From a virus: a stretch of DNA of 55,548 nt. The DNA lies in IMG/VR virus record IMGVR_UViG_3300029611_000007; one strand, written 5' to 3'. Positions 14,959 through 23,996 of the stretch are shown in pieces; position 1 is the stretch's first letter; each line of letters begins with the position of its first letter. The notes beneath the pieces are model-generated. The model had not been told where the DNA came from and searched no databases. It was given only the letters and a program-made list of their open reading frames with translations. A program made the position numbers and the translations under genes.

Positions 14959-15789
14959 ATGACCGGCGGCTTTAGAGTTCGGGAACAGAAATTTATCTGC
15001 GGTATGAATTATGCCACGGCCCCCTCTATGCAGGTGGACTTCTTCGAGGTGACAGAGCAGCAGCACAAGGCCAGCACCCGGAAAAAGAAAGAGCTTGCCA
15101 CCAGCATTGCCAAGGAATCGTATAATCTGCGCAAGAGTGGTCGGTATTTGGAACTGCTGGCAAATCGGAACTTCCGAACCGGTGACTATTCCGTTACATA
15201 CACCTACAACGAAGAACACCACCCTGCGCCCGGTGATCTGCAACGCGCCGACCGGGATTTTTCCAATGCCATCAAAGCATTGTACCGTATCTGCGACAAA
15301 AACGGAATCGAACACCCGAAATGGATCGTGGTTTCGGAATACTGCACGATGGACGGGGACAAGCCGCTGGGCCGTCACCATCATCATGTTATCATGTCCC
15401 ACCCGGCGGGGCTGACCCGTGAAATGGTTGAAAAGGCATGGGGTAAGCGCGGCAGATCGCGGTGCGAGCCATTGGAGTTTGACCACAACAGCATTGAATC
15501 CCTCGCAAAGTACATCACCAAGAACGTGCGCTGCAAACGTCACTGGCGGCAGAGCCGCGGGCTGAAACCGCCGAAGATGCCGCGCCCAAATGACGGGAAA
15601 ATGAGCCGCACCCGGCTGAAAGACGTTTGCGAGAACCGGCTGGAAGATCGAGACTACTGGGAGAAGATGTACCCCGGCTATACCCTGCACCGGTGCGAGT
15701 GCATCATAACCGGCAACGCCACCCGCCACCTGATCGTGCGCCTGTACCGCAAGCCGGAACAGCGGAGGAATAGGAGGAATCAGCCTTGA
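14959..15789 (+). CDS. HUH-superfamily rolling-circle replication initiator (Rep)
   Basis: ATG at 14959, 11 nt after aggagg. Motifs in order: 'SVTYTY' (motif 1), 'GRHHHHVIM' (HUH), 'LAKYITKN' (catalytic Y..K). Confidence 0.75.
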   Translation: MTGGFRVREQKFICGMNYATAPSMQVDFFEVTEQQHKASTRKKKELATSIAKESYNLRKSGRYLELLANRNFRTGDYSVTYTYNEEHHPAPGDLQRADRDFSNAIKALYRICDKNGIEHPKWIVVSEYCTMDGDKPLGRHHHHVIMSHPAGLTREMVEKAWGKRGRSRCEPLEFDHNSIESLAKYITKNVRCKRHWRQSRGLKPPKMPRPNDGKMSRTRLKDVCENRLEDRDYWEKMYPGYTLHRCECIITGNATRHLIVRLYRKPEQRRNRRNQP

Positions 15790-16298
15790 ACCGTTTGACG
15801 CTGGACGACCTGCCGCCTAGATACCGGGCGCAGGCAGAAGCACAGATCGCGGCCAGAAGCCGGGGAAAGTGCGCCTTGCCGCAGTCTGTCCCCGCCGCAG
15901 TTGCCACCGCTGAAAAAATCGGCATGGACTTTGACAGCCGGGGCGAGTACGAATATTACATGGGGACGATTCTGCCCAAAGTGCAGACCGGGAAGATCGT
16001 GAAAGTGGAGCTGCACCGCGCGTTCCTGCTCCTGCCAGAAAAAGAGTATGACGCGGTGAAACTCCCGGCGGTGCATTATACCCCGGATTTTGTGCTGACC
16101 TATGCAGACGGCACGGTTGAAGCCGTCGAAGTGAAATCGAAGTTTGTCCGGCGGCAGCAGCGCGATTACATACACCGTCGCCGGATGTTCATTGACCTTG
16201 TGGCCGAGCCGCGGGGCTGGCATTTCATCGAGCATATCACCGCAGACACGGCGGCAGAGGTCAAAGCGTGGAAGAGTCTTGCAAAACAGAAAGGATGA
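15786..16298 (+). CDS. DUF1064-like PD-(D/E)XK nuclease (Holliday-junction-resolvase-like)
   Basis: 'FDSRGEYEYYMGTILP...YTPDFVLTYADGTVEAVEVKSKF' pattern. TTG start overlapping the Rep stop. Confidence 0.6.
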   Translation: MNRLTLDDLPPRYRAQAEAQIAARSRGKCALPQSVPAAVATAEKIGMDFDSRGEYEYYMGTILPKVQTGKIVKVELHRAFLLLPEKEYDAVKLPAVHYTPDFVLTYADGTVEAVEVKSKFVRRQQRDYIHRRRMFIDLVAEPRGWHFIEHITADTAAEVKAWKSLAKQKG

Positions 16299-16927
16299 AG
16301 AACATGGGAAAATCTATGCCGCCTGTTGAAGTGCGGAAGATGATGTACGAAAAGGCTGTCAACCGCTGCGTGGTCGCAAAGGGCGACACCATGAAGAACA
16401 TGAAGCTCAACCGGGCCGCTGTGGGGCAGGTGGTGACGTACTGCGCCATCATTGCCGCGCAGAATCTTTTCGACCTTGATCGGGACGGGGTGGAACGCTG
16501 GCAGGCAGAGCTTATCCGGCGGAGTGAGGTGTACACGCTGGAAACCAACGTGTACGGCACACCGAAAGCACGGGAAAATCTGCGCAAGCGCACGGCCCCC
16601 AAGATGAAAGAGGACTTCACCCTGCCGGTCGAGAAGTGTCCGCGCAAAGAGTGGGAGAGGGTGCAGCTCTATGAACGCCGCGGCGCGGGTGATCTTGTGG
16701 CCCGGTTCTTTGTCGAGGTCATGGACGGTCTGGGCTACACCACAGAAGAAATCGCCGCCGCCCTGAAAGAGATACAGGGCAACTTCCGGCAGTTCCTTGA
16801 ATGGTCGAAAGACGGCGAATATGTGGCCTACTACAAAATGGCCCAGCGCTATGAACAGGCAACGGGCATTGAAGCGGCGATAGACGAAGAACCCGGCGCG
16901 AAGCCGATCTTCGGGAAAGAAATCTGA
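16295..16927 (+). CDS. Hypothetical protein
   Basis: ATGA overlap with the previous stop; 210 aa. Confidence 0.7.
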   Translation: MKNMGKSMPPVEVRKMMYEKAVNRCVVAKGDTMKNMKLNRAAVGQVVTYCAIIAAQNLFDLDRDGVERWQAELIRRSEVYTLETNVYGTPKARENLRKRTAPKMKEDFTLPVEKCPRKEWERVQLYERRGAGDLVARFFVEVMDGLGYTTEEIAAALKEIQGNFRQFLEWSKDGEYVAYYKMAQRYEQATGIEAAIDEEPGAKPIFGKEI

Positions 16928-16955
16928 GAGATGACAGGCAGGAGGATAAACGCGG

Positions 16956-17456
16956 ATGCAGAAAAAGGACACTGAACAGATTTTGCTCTACTATGGCAAG
17001 ATCGAGAAGCAGCTTGATAGTGTCAACATGGAGCTGGCCGAGCTGCAAGACCGATACAGCCCGATCAAGGGCCTTGCGATGGACGGTATGCCACATGGCA
17101 GCACACCCGGCGACAGCACCGCGTCCCTTGCCGTCAAGCTGGCCGACAACGAAGAGTACCAGAACCGAGAAAATGAGCTGATTGTCCGGCGGGTCGTGTT
17201 GAAGTCGGATTTACAGGAAATCCGGCAGAAATTAGACCGGCTGAACGATGATTACAAAACGATCCTGAAAGGGCGGTATGTCTACGCCGACCGGTCGTTA
17301 CAAAAAACGTGGGAAAGCATTGCTATTTCCATCGGCAAAAAGAAGATCACCGCGCAGAGGTGGAAAGACGCGGCTCTGGTCGTTCTGGGCGGGATGTTCG
17401 ATGAAATTCCAATGATCGAAGAAATCCTCTCCCGCGCGTATGACGCGCGCGATTAA
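16956..17456 (+). CDS. Putative late-gene transcriptional regulator (ArpU/RinA/sigma-region-4-like), tentative
   Basis: gcaggagga RBS. Last gene of the rightward early operon. C-terminal 'ILKGRYVYADRSLQKTWESIAISIGKKKITAQRWKDAAL' is HTH-like. Confidence 0.45.
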   Translation: MQKKDTEQILLYYGKIEKQLDSVNMELAELQDRYSPIKGLAMDGMPHGSTPGDSTASLAVKLADNEEYQNRENELIVRRVVLKSDLQEIRQKLDRLNDDYKTILKGRYVYADRSLQKTWESIAISIGKKKITAQRWKDAALVVLGGMFDEIPMIEEILSRAYDARD

Positions 17457-17664
17457 AAGGGCCGGTATGCTGGGTATGCCGGGAAAGTGATAGAAAATCT
17501 ATCAGAACCGGCAGAAACAGTCGCCCGGACAGCGGGCAAGGGAACGGCCCGGAAAGCTGTCTATAAAGGCAAGTTGGTAAAGCTCTATGCGCGTGTGCGA
17601 TGAACCGCTTCCGCAAATCCTCCGAACCGCTCAGAAAAACAAACTTGCGAATACGCCAAAATAG

Positions 17665-17698
17665 AACGCCCTCGGCGGGTAATTCCGTCGAGGGCGTT
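17665..17698. terminator. Bidirectional hairpin terminator between the convergent operons
   Basis: aacgccctcg ... cgagggcgtt, a 10-bp stem. Confidence 0.6.
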
Positions 17699-17709
17699 AG
17701 TTTATATTA

Positions 17710-18438
17710 TCACTCACCAAAACGCACCGTGAAGCCGTCCAGAGGGTCACAGTGATGCTTTTGAAGCATAGCGTTGATCTTCTTGTCCTGTTCGGTGCGA
17801 TCCGGCGCGGTCACGGTGTAGGGGTGGCCGGGATCGTCCTCGTCATAGAAGGCGGTGCAGCCGTGCGGAACAGAGAATGTGCCACGGTTATAGGGGTCAA
17901 AGTAAATGTCAAAGTCGAATTTCCGACGCAGGTACTTGTCTAGCATGAAAGAGCTTTTGTCCAGATCGGTGCAGAGCCGATACCCGGCGGGATCGTCAAT
18001 CCACAAAAGCACGTTGCCGCCAACAAGAGCGCGGGCGGAATCCTCTGAAAGAGTGCCACTGTACACCTTGCCATTGAACAGGCTGGACAGGATGCCGAAC
18101 AGCTCTTTTTGTGCCGTGGCGGGAAGCTGCTCGATGCGGTCAACAGCAGTTTCAAAATCTACGCCGTCCAGCTTGTACTTGATTTTGCTGGGATCGTGGA
18201 TGAAATCACCGGGCATAAGATTAAGCTCCATTGCAAGGCGGTACTGGTGCTTGCAAGGCCGGGTGTGGCTACCGCAAACACAGCCGTTCGGCACGTCCAG
18301 CGTGACAACGTAGTTGCCGTGTCTGCTGCTGAAATAACCGGTCTGACCGTCAATGCAGGTCGGTGTCATGTCGGCTTTGAGGGCGGCAAGGTAGCTTTTG
18401 AGCAGCGGACCGTCCGAAACGGTGGGAATGTGGTTCAC
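17710..18438 (-). CDS. SWIM zinc-finger protein; the likely true start (ATG 18488 with SD) is out of frame because of a C10 tract
   Basis: 'GCVCGSHTRPCKHQYRL' gives the SWIM CxC..CxH pattern. The track start is a GTG without an SD. gaggtg-N5-ATG lies at 18499-18486, followed by the tract. Confidence 0.8.
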   Translation of the reverse strand: MNHIPTVSDGPLLKSYLAALKADMTPTCIDGQTGYFSSRHGNYVVTLDVPNGCVCGSHTRPCKHQYRLAMELNLMPGDFIHDPSKIKYKLDGVDFETAVDRIEQLPATAQKELFGILSSLFNGKVYSGTLSEDSARALVGGNVLLWIDDPAGYRLCTDLDKSSFMLDKYLRRKFDFDIYFDPYNRGTFSVPHGCTAFYDEDDPGHPYTVTAPDRTEQDKKINAMLQKHHCDPLDGFTVRFGE

Positions 18439-18462
18439 CCATTCTGGAACCCTATTTTCGTC

Positions 18463-18472
18463 GGGGGGGGGG
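18463..18472 (+). repeat. Homopolymer G10 (C10 in the gene sense) in the 5' end of the SWIM gene
   Basis: tc-gggggggggg-taac read directly. C11 or C8 would give MCRNVTPPP(P)DENRVPEWVNHIPTV... Confidence 0.9.
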
Positions 18473-18592
18473 TAACATTACGACACATATTTTCACCTCG
18501 TTATGTTCTTTTTTGCGTGTGGCCGGGGCGTTCCCGGCTGGCGCAAAATCTCCACTTCAATGATAGCGCAAAACGCGAATAAAAGCAACAAA

Positions 18593-18632
18593 ACGAGAAA
18601 AGAAAATCCCCGGCGGGATGTCCGCAGGGGAT
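18593..18632 (-). terminator. Rho-independent terminator (minus strand)
   Basis: atcccc..gcgg/ccgc..ggggat hairpin followed, in minus sense, by ttttcttttctcgtttt. Confidence 0.55.
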
Positions 18633-18647
18633 GGAAGAAATTCGTGT

Positions 18648-18914
18648 TCAATTCGTGGGAATCGTGAACGTACTGACCGGGATTCGTTCGGTGACGGTGA
18701 AAGTGTAAGTGCCGGGGCTGGTTTCGTGGCCGGAAACATCGACGTTCTCCGGCGCAAGGTGATGAACGGTGCAGAGCCGCATTTTTGCATCCGCTTCCAG
18801 CACCTTTAACCGTTCGGTGGAAGTCGTGCTTTCCTGCTTGAAGTATTCTTTAGTCATTTCTTCCTGCATCTGGTTCAAGAGCTGGCGGACAAATTCGTTG
18901 GTTTCGCTGGTCAT
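18648..18914 (-). CDS. Hypothetical protein (88 aa)
   Basis: ATGA-type overlap with the upstream gene; operon context. Confidence 0.65.
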   Translation of the reverse strand: MTSETNEFVRQLLNQMQEEMTKEYFKQESTTSTERLKVLEADAKMRLCTVHHLAPENVDVSGHETSPGTYTFTVTERIPVSTFTIPTN

Positions 18915-19327
18915 GTTTCGTTGTCCCCTTTCGGTTCGTTCTTCTTGAAGATGATTTTCGGAACGGTGGGCGGCTCACCATGCTGTTTCATGTATTCGCT
19001 GATCTCGTTCGGCAGACCGACCGGAAAACCGTTTTCATCCAGCGGGCCGTCATAGCCGGAAAAATCTACCACATGAACCGTGGGCGGCTGGCGGAGCGTC
19101 TTGTAATACTGGCCGTCGCTGTAATTTACATCGGTTACATGATCCCACCACGCAATGTCGCCATGTTCGTTCTGGGCGGCTTCCATAGCTGCGCGGGCTT
19201 GCTCTTCGGTGAATCCGTCAAAGGTCAGGCGGGAATCGTCGGCAAATTCGGCGACAACACGCCAAGGCGCGAAAAACTGGGCTTCGTTCACAAAAAAGAC
19301 CTCCTTTTTACGCATTTTGTAAAGCAT
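18911..19327 (-). CDS. Hypothetical protein (138 aa)
   Basis: ORF in the leftward operon; possible internal start at MRKKE. Confidence 0.65.
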   Translation of the reverse strand: MLYKMRKKEVFFVNEAQFFAPWRVVAEFADDSRLTFDGFTEEQARAAMEAAQNEHGDIAWWDHVTDVNYSDGQYYKTLRQPPTVHVVDFSGYDGPLDENGFPVGLPNEISEYMKQHGEPPTVPKIIFKKNEPKGDNET

Positions 19328-19379
19328 AGTTCAATCTCTGGCACGAAAAATAGAAAATTCGTTGATGAAAGTATAACAC

Positions 19380-19397
19380 AAAAAGCCCCGGCGGGGA
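19380..19397 (-). terminator. Short GC hairpin plus T-run (minus strand)
   Basis: Minus sense: ccccgccggggcttttt. Confidence 0.45.
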
Positions 19398-19412
19398 ACC
19401 GGGAGCGGAGAT

Positions 19413-19892
19413 TCAGCGGGCCGGTCGCCGCTGAAAAGTAAAGCCGGGGTTACGTTCGGTCATTCGTGCAACAACCTTGTCCGCCTGATCTTTCGTGAAC
19501 CGGGGCGCAAAAACCTTGTTCATGCCGCGCCTACCGCCCCACGGGTCGCAGAGGGTGAAATGCTGATCTCCGGGGCCTTTGCAGTAAATGAAGTAGTAAA
19601 TCGTGCTGGCCGCGGGCATATCGGGGTATCTGCGGGGCGTGGAACGTGCGGCGACATCGACAGAGAACGCGGACAGCATCGCACACCCGAAAAGGTGGGT
19701 GCAGCAGTTCGCTTTGCGGTCGAAAATCGCGGCTCCGTCCAGATCGCGCCCGTCTGCCGCATACTCCTTGACCAGATAGGCAATTCGTGTACGGGCTTCG
19801 GCAATGGTGCGAAAACTCATATCTTCATCGGTGAAATCGGCGGAAGCGCAGGTGATAACTTGATACCGGTGGTTCGGATCGTATTCACGCAT
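19413..19892 (-). CDS. Hypothetical protein (159 aa)
   Basis: aaaaggaga RBS plus ATG in minus sense. Confidence 0.7.
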   Translation of the reverse strand: MREYDPNHRYQVITCASADFTDEDMSFRTIAEARTRIAYLVKEYAADGRDLDGAAIFDRKANCCTHLFGCAMLSAFSVDVAARSTPRRYPDMPAASTIYYFIYCKGPGDQHFTLCDPWGGRRGMNKVFAPRFTKDQADKVVARMTERNPGFTFQRRPAR

Positions 19893-19920
19893 GGTTTGTA
19901 TCTCCTTTTCGTTTCGTGGT

Positions 19921-19973
19921 AGCCTTGCGGCTGGGGCTGGGCTGCTTTACGGTGCAACCCGGCTAGAGTATCC
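19921..19973 (-). repeat. Intergenic structured repeat, copy 1 (variant 2)
   Basis: agccttgcggct + ggggctgggctgc-tttacggt-gcaacccggctagagtatcc. Confidence 0.75.
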
Positions 19974-19976
19974 ATT

Positions 19977-21599
19977 TTATGCGTTGAGCTGTAAAAGCGT
20001 GGCTTTCGTGGGGATCAGATGCCGTGCAAGGGTGTCCGTGTAACTCGCTTCGCCCTCGTAGCTGTCCACGATCTTCTGCTCTGCCTTGCTCATGTCGTGA
20101 TAGGATTTCTTGCCGTAGGACGGCGGCAACCATCCTTTCTTCTGGCTGGCGAACAGGTTGAACGACTTCAAAACGTCGTCATTCGTGAATGTGATGTGGC
20201 AAGTGCCTTTTTTGTAGAAAGTGGCGGTGAAGTAGCGGAACTGCACGTTCTGGCTTTGTCTGCTCTCCTCGGCGGCTTTGAGCGTTGCCCGGAGTTCGTC
20301 GCCGTTGTACTTCTTGCCGTTCGTGTCGAGATAGTGCAGGGTGCGCTCGATTCGTGACAGGCAGCTTTCCGCGTTCCAACTGGGTTCAAACCGCCCGGAG
20401 TAATCACCCCACGCCGAACACCGAAAGATCACTTTCTTGCCGACTTTGTACGCTTCGTTCGTACACCAGCCGTTGTAGTAGTGGACATTCTTCGAGTATT
20501 CGGAATTGTAGTGCAGATTCGTCCAGTCGTCGAACAGTTCCACGATCTCGCTTTCGATGCCCTGCACGATGTTGGCGGACATTTCTTCCCGGATCGTGAG
20601 GATGTTGTAAGGGCTGAAATCGTAGTCAACCAGTTCGGAAACGCGGTTGTGATATTCGTCCTGCATCGCTCTGGTTAAGTTGTCCCGGATTTGGGGCAGG
20701 TCAAAGAGCTTTTGCCAGTACAAGCCACGCAAGCTGCGGATCGCTTCGTTATAGCTCTTGCTGAAGTTCAGCACTTCGGTTTCCTTGTCGTCTGCGGTAG
20801 CAGCAGAAAACAGGCTCTTGATTCCGTTGTACTCTTCGTAGATGCGGCGGATGCCCTCGGCGGCTGCGTTGTACCGTTCCACCGCGGCGGCGATGGGATC
20901 AGCAGACACCAGCGCGGCAAGCTGCGGATCGGCTTTCATGTGGTCGGTCATTTCGTTGTTGAGTTCCAACCGGATTTTGCTTACTGGCTCCTTGTCGGGA
21001 ATGTCAACGGAGATCAACGCCACTTCAACGCGGGCGGCGCGGCGGGCGTTCTTGAAAGCGTCCGGGATGTATTTGATCTGGGCGTTGAGTTCGTTTAGCT
21101 TTTGCGCCAGCTCTTTCCGCTCGTTCGTGTAGGGATTGCGGATAGTTTCGGCGTTGAGCAGACAGCGGATTTTGCCGCCGTCTTTCATGATCTCTAAAGC
21201 CTTGAGCAAGTGAGCAGCACCGGCGGAAAAAGGCGGGTTCATGATGATCGCCGCGTATTTCTTCGCGGGGCGGAACGTGAGAAAATCGTCATGCACCACG
21301 CGGAAACCGTCTTTCTTCAGTTTGGCGCGGAAGTCGCTGGACAGTTCCACACAGTCAAGATCAAACTCTTTCGCCTTGCTCGTGCTGTAACGGTCAAGCT
21401 CTCCCGTTTTGGGATCGTGCCGAATATCTGCGACGGCGTGAATCTGGCGGGCCAGTGCGCCGTCACCGGCAGAGGGTTCAAGGATGGGCTGCGGCAGGTG
21501 CTTCCAGCCGTATTTTGTGCTTTGCAGGCTGTAAGCCATTTCCCACGCGAGATTGTCCGGGGTGGGGTAAAAGTCCCGGCTATCGTTCGGGGTCGTCAT
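19977..21599 (-). CDS. N6-adenine DNA methyltransferase with a large C-terminal domain
   Basis: ATG at 21599 after aaaaggaga. 'ILEPSAGDGALA' (motif I) and 'AIIMNPPFS' (NPPF motif IV). Confidence 0.85.
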   Translation of the reverse strand: MTTPNDSRDFYPTPDNLAWEMAYSLQSTKYGWKHLPQPILEPSAGDGALARQIHAVADIRHDPKTGELDRYSTSKAKEFDLDCVELSSDFRAKLKKDGFRVVHDDFLTFRPAKKYAAIIMNPPFSAGAAHLLKALEIMKDGGKIRCLLNAETIRNPYTNERKELAQKLNELNAQIKYIPDAFKNARRAARVEVALISVDIPDKEPVSKIRLELNNEMTDHMKADPQLAALVSADPIAAAVERYNAAAEGIRRIYEEYNGIKSLFSAATADDKETEVLNFSKSYNEAIRSLRGLYWQKLFDLPQIRDNLTRAMQDEYHNRVSELVDYDFSPYNILTIREEMSANIVQGIESEIVELFDDWTNLHYNSEYSKNVHYYNGWCTNEAYKVGKKVIFRCSAWGDYSGRFEPSWNAESCLSRIERTLHYLDTNGKKYNGDELRATLKAAEESRQSQNVQFRYFTATFYKKGTCHITFTNDDVLKSFNLFASQKKGWLPPSYGKKSYHDMSKAEQKIVDSYEGEASYTDTLARHLIPTKATLLQLNA

Positions 21600-21622
21600 G
21601 GTTCGTTCTCCTTTTCGTGTTG

Positions 21623-21686
21623 GATTCACCCCGGCGGGGTGTGGGATCGGGTCGCTTTTCGTTCGGTGCGGCCCGTCAAGGTATCC
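21623..21686 (-). repeat. Intergenic structured repeat, copy 2 (variant 1)
   Basis: gattcaccccggcggggtgtgggatcgggtcgcttttcgttcggtgcggcccgtcaaggtatcc. Confidence 0.8.
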
Positions 21687-21689
21687 GTT

Positions 21690-22214
21690 TCACTGCTGGG
21701 CTAAAATCGTGCTCAACCATGTGGAAGAGTCGGCGCAATCAACCATTTTCGCAAAGTAGCGGCCCGTTACAAGCTGGAACGCATATTGCGTGGTGTAAGT
21801 GCCGCTGTACATTTCCCGGCTGCAAAACTCTTCGATGTTGTTCCGGGTGTGCCAGTTGCGTGGCGGCAACACGTTCAGCGCGTTCTCATAGTCCTGTTTC
21901 GTGATCTCGACCATTTCCGGGGTGAGCAGCTTTTCCCGCTCAAAGTCCAGCCATTCGCCGTAGGTCATGACGGCATAAGAGCGGGCCTTTTCTTGCGCAA
22001 GGCGGCTTTCCCAATATCCCCGGTCGCTTTCGTAGTCGCCGGACTCGATGATCTGGGTGATCCGCTGGATGCTTTCGGCGGTGCTCTTCCGGGCGGCATT
22101 CAACACCTCTTCGGCGGTGCGGGGCGTGGGCCAGCCGGACACGGTGAAAGCGTAGATCTGGACGTTGGGAACATCCACAACAACAAGTTCGTTCTTCTCT
22201 TCGTTGGCGGTCAT
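21690..22214 (-). CDS. Hypothetical protein (174 aa)
   Basis: ATG at 22214 after aaaaggaga. The track ORF extension to 22343 runs through the repeat. Confidence 0.7.
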   Translation of the reverse strand: MTANEEKNELVVVDVPNVQIYAFTVSGWPTPRTAEEVLNAARKSTAESIQRITQIIESGDYESDRGYWESRLAQEKARSYAVMTYGEWLDFEREKLLTPEMVEITKQDYENALNVLPPRNWHTRNNIEEFCSREMYSGTYTTQYAFQLVTGRYFAKMVDCADSSTWLSTILAQQ

Positions 22215-22239
22215 GGTATAATCTCCTTTTCGTTTTCGT

Positions 22240-22302
22240 GATTCACCCCGGCGGGGTGTGGGGCTGGGCTGCTTTGTGCGGTGCAACCCGGCTAGAGTGT
22301 CC
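22240..22302 (-). repeat. Intergenic structured repeat, copy 3 (variant 2)
   Basis: gattcaccccggcggggtgtggggctgggctgctttgtgcggtgcaacccggctagagtgtcc. Confidence 0.8.
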
Positions 22303-22311
22303 GCGCTGGAA

Positions 22312-23430
22312 TCATGCCAGCACACCGGCGGCGATGCTTGCAAAGTCGAGCTGTTGGACGCTGGGAACCATTTCGGGGGCGTTGTGCTTGTGGTTGAGTT
22401 CGTCGAGAGCCATCACAAACGCGGCGGCTTCGCGGTCGCTGCTGATAAAGTCGCAACGGCAATTCGTGAATTGCTGGACAATGGCCGAAAATTCGGGGTC
22501 GTTCTTGCTCTTCTGGTCAAACGTCTTGACGGCTTCCCGGTATTCCTTGCTGTCGTTGTCGTCGTGGGTGCGGTAAAAGTTGGAATACCACTTTTCAAAA
22601 ACCGGCTCTAATTCTTCCATGCTCACGGTGACGGCGGGGGCTTCGTCTGCTGCTTTTTCGGCAGCTTTCCGGGTGGCGGTCGCCTTGCGCCATGCTTCCA
22701 GCGTGGCAGCTTGTCCGGCGCGGTCGGTTTCGGGAACGGCCATAAATTCGTGCATTGCCTTGCGTTCTGCCTTTTTGAGTTCGGCAACGTCGGCGGCGGG
22801 CTTCTTCGTGGTGCGGGGATTCTTCGGGGCCGGTTTCGTGGGAAGCGGTTCAACGTGAACCAGTTCGGGAAGTTCGTGGTGCTCTTCAACGACGACCGGC
22901 GCGGGGCGGGCAACTTCGGCGGCAGCTTTTGCGGCGGCTTCCTTTGCGGCCTTGCGTTCGGCGGCAAGCTGCTTGTTGTAAGCGATGATCTCCGCCGTGG
23001 ACTTGAACCGGGCTTGCGGGGCTGGCTTGCTGCTTTCAACCTGTAAGCAACTGAAAAGATGGGATTTCGTAGGGTAGTAATGCGGATCGGGTGCGGCTTC
23101 CTTGCCCTCTGCCGCGGCCTTTTCGCGCTGCTCTTTGCTGGGCTTCGTGGTGTACTTCCACAAGTAGCATTCAAGCAACGCTTTTTCGCCTTTCTTGACG
23201 CTCTTGCCCTCTTTCTTCCAGAAGTCGAACGTGTGCAGTTCGTCCGCTGCAAACATGATCTCAATGTCCGCGGCGGTGGCGGGCTTTTCGTTGCCGTCCT
23301 TGTCAACGATCTTGCAAGATGCAGCAACGGCGGCGATCTCTTCCGGGGTGTGGTGCGCGGTGGCGATCTGGTGAAGCGTGGCCGGGTCAAGACGTTCGGC
23401 GGCGGCGCGGATGATCTGTTTATTCGTCAT
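22312..23430 (-). CDS. ArdC-N-like (ssDNA-binding/antirestriction-type) domain protein with Ala/Lys/Pro-rich linker
   Basis: ATG at 23430. 'LHTFDFWKKEGKSVKKGEKALLECYLWKY' resembles the ArdC N-terminal domain. Confidence 0.6.
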   Translation of the reverse strand: MTNKQIIRAAAERLDPATLHQIATAHHTPEEIAAVAASCKIVDKDGNEKPATAADIEIMFAADELHTFDFWKKEGKSVKKGEKALLECYLWKYTTKPSKEQREKAAAEGKEAAPDPHYYPTKSHLFSCLQVESSKPAPQARFKSTAEIIAYNKQLAAERKAAKEAAAKAAAEVARPAPVVVEEHHELPELVHVEPLPTKPAPKNPRTTKKPAADVAELKKAERKAMHEFMAVPETDRAGQAATLEAWRKATATRKAAEKAADEAPAVTVSMEELEPVFEKWYSNFYRTHDDNDSKEYREAVKTFDQKSKNDPEFSAIVQQFTNCRCDFISSDREAAAFVMALDELNHKHNAPEMVPSVQQLDFASIAAGVLA

Positions 23431-23465
23431 GGTAAATACTTCCTTTCGTGTTTCGTTTTGCGGAT

Positions 23466-23533
23466 CGTCCCGGCGGTGTGCCGGGGGAATGGGATCGGGT
23501 CGCTTTCGTTCGGTGCGGCCCGTCAAGGTGTCC
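23466..23533 (-). repeat. Intergenic structured repeat, copy 4 (variant 1)
   Basis: cgtcccggcggtgtgccgggggaatgggatcgggtcgctttcgttcggtgcggcccgtcaaggtgtcc. Confidence 0.8.
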
Positions 23534-23541
23534 GGCGGGGT

Positions 23542-23883
23542 TCAATCTTCGGTTTCGTCGCAATCGTGGCAATACAGCGCGTCAATAACCTTGTCGTCGC
23601 TGAAATCGTCCGGGGTTCCGTTGGCATCGACCACAAGATCGATCCGGTCAAAAATCCGCAAATCGGTTTCACCGTCCACCAGAAAATACCAGTCGTCGCC
23701 GTCCAGCGCGTCACTGCACCAGACTTCAATCTGGTTTTCGTTGGTGGCGGTCATGCCTTTCACAATGGCCGGGGCGATATACCGCCCAAAAGGACCGACT
23801 TTGTAGGGACAGGCGGCAGCGGCGCGGGGTGCGCTGGACAGCAGCGCGGCGGCAAGTGCGGCGGCGGTCAAAATTCGTTTCAT
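23542..23883 (-). CDS. Secreted or lipoprotein-like small protein
   Basis: 'MKRILTAAALAAALLSSAPRAAAAC' is a signal peptide with Cys; acidic C-terminus. Confidence 0.7.
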   Translation of the reverse strand: MKRILTAAALAAALLSSAPRAAAACPYKVGPFGRYIAPAIVKGMTATNENQIEVWCSDALDGDDWYFLVDGETDLRIFDRIDLVVDANGTPDDFSDDKVIDALYCHDCDETED

Positions 23884-23928
23884 GGTTGTTTCTCCTTTTC
23901 GTTTCGTGGTGTGGCTTTTCGTGCTTTT

Positions 23929-23991
23929 CCCCGGCTATTGTCGGGGCGTGGGATCGGGTCGCTTTTCGTGGTGCGGCCCGTCAAGGTATCC
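23929..23991 (-). repeat. Intergenic structured repeat, copy 5 (variant 1)
   Basis: ccccggctattgtcggggcgtgggatcgggtcgcttttcgtggtgcggcccgtcaaggtatcc. Confidence 0.8.
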
Positions 23992-23996
23992 GGGGG

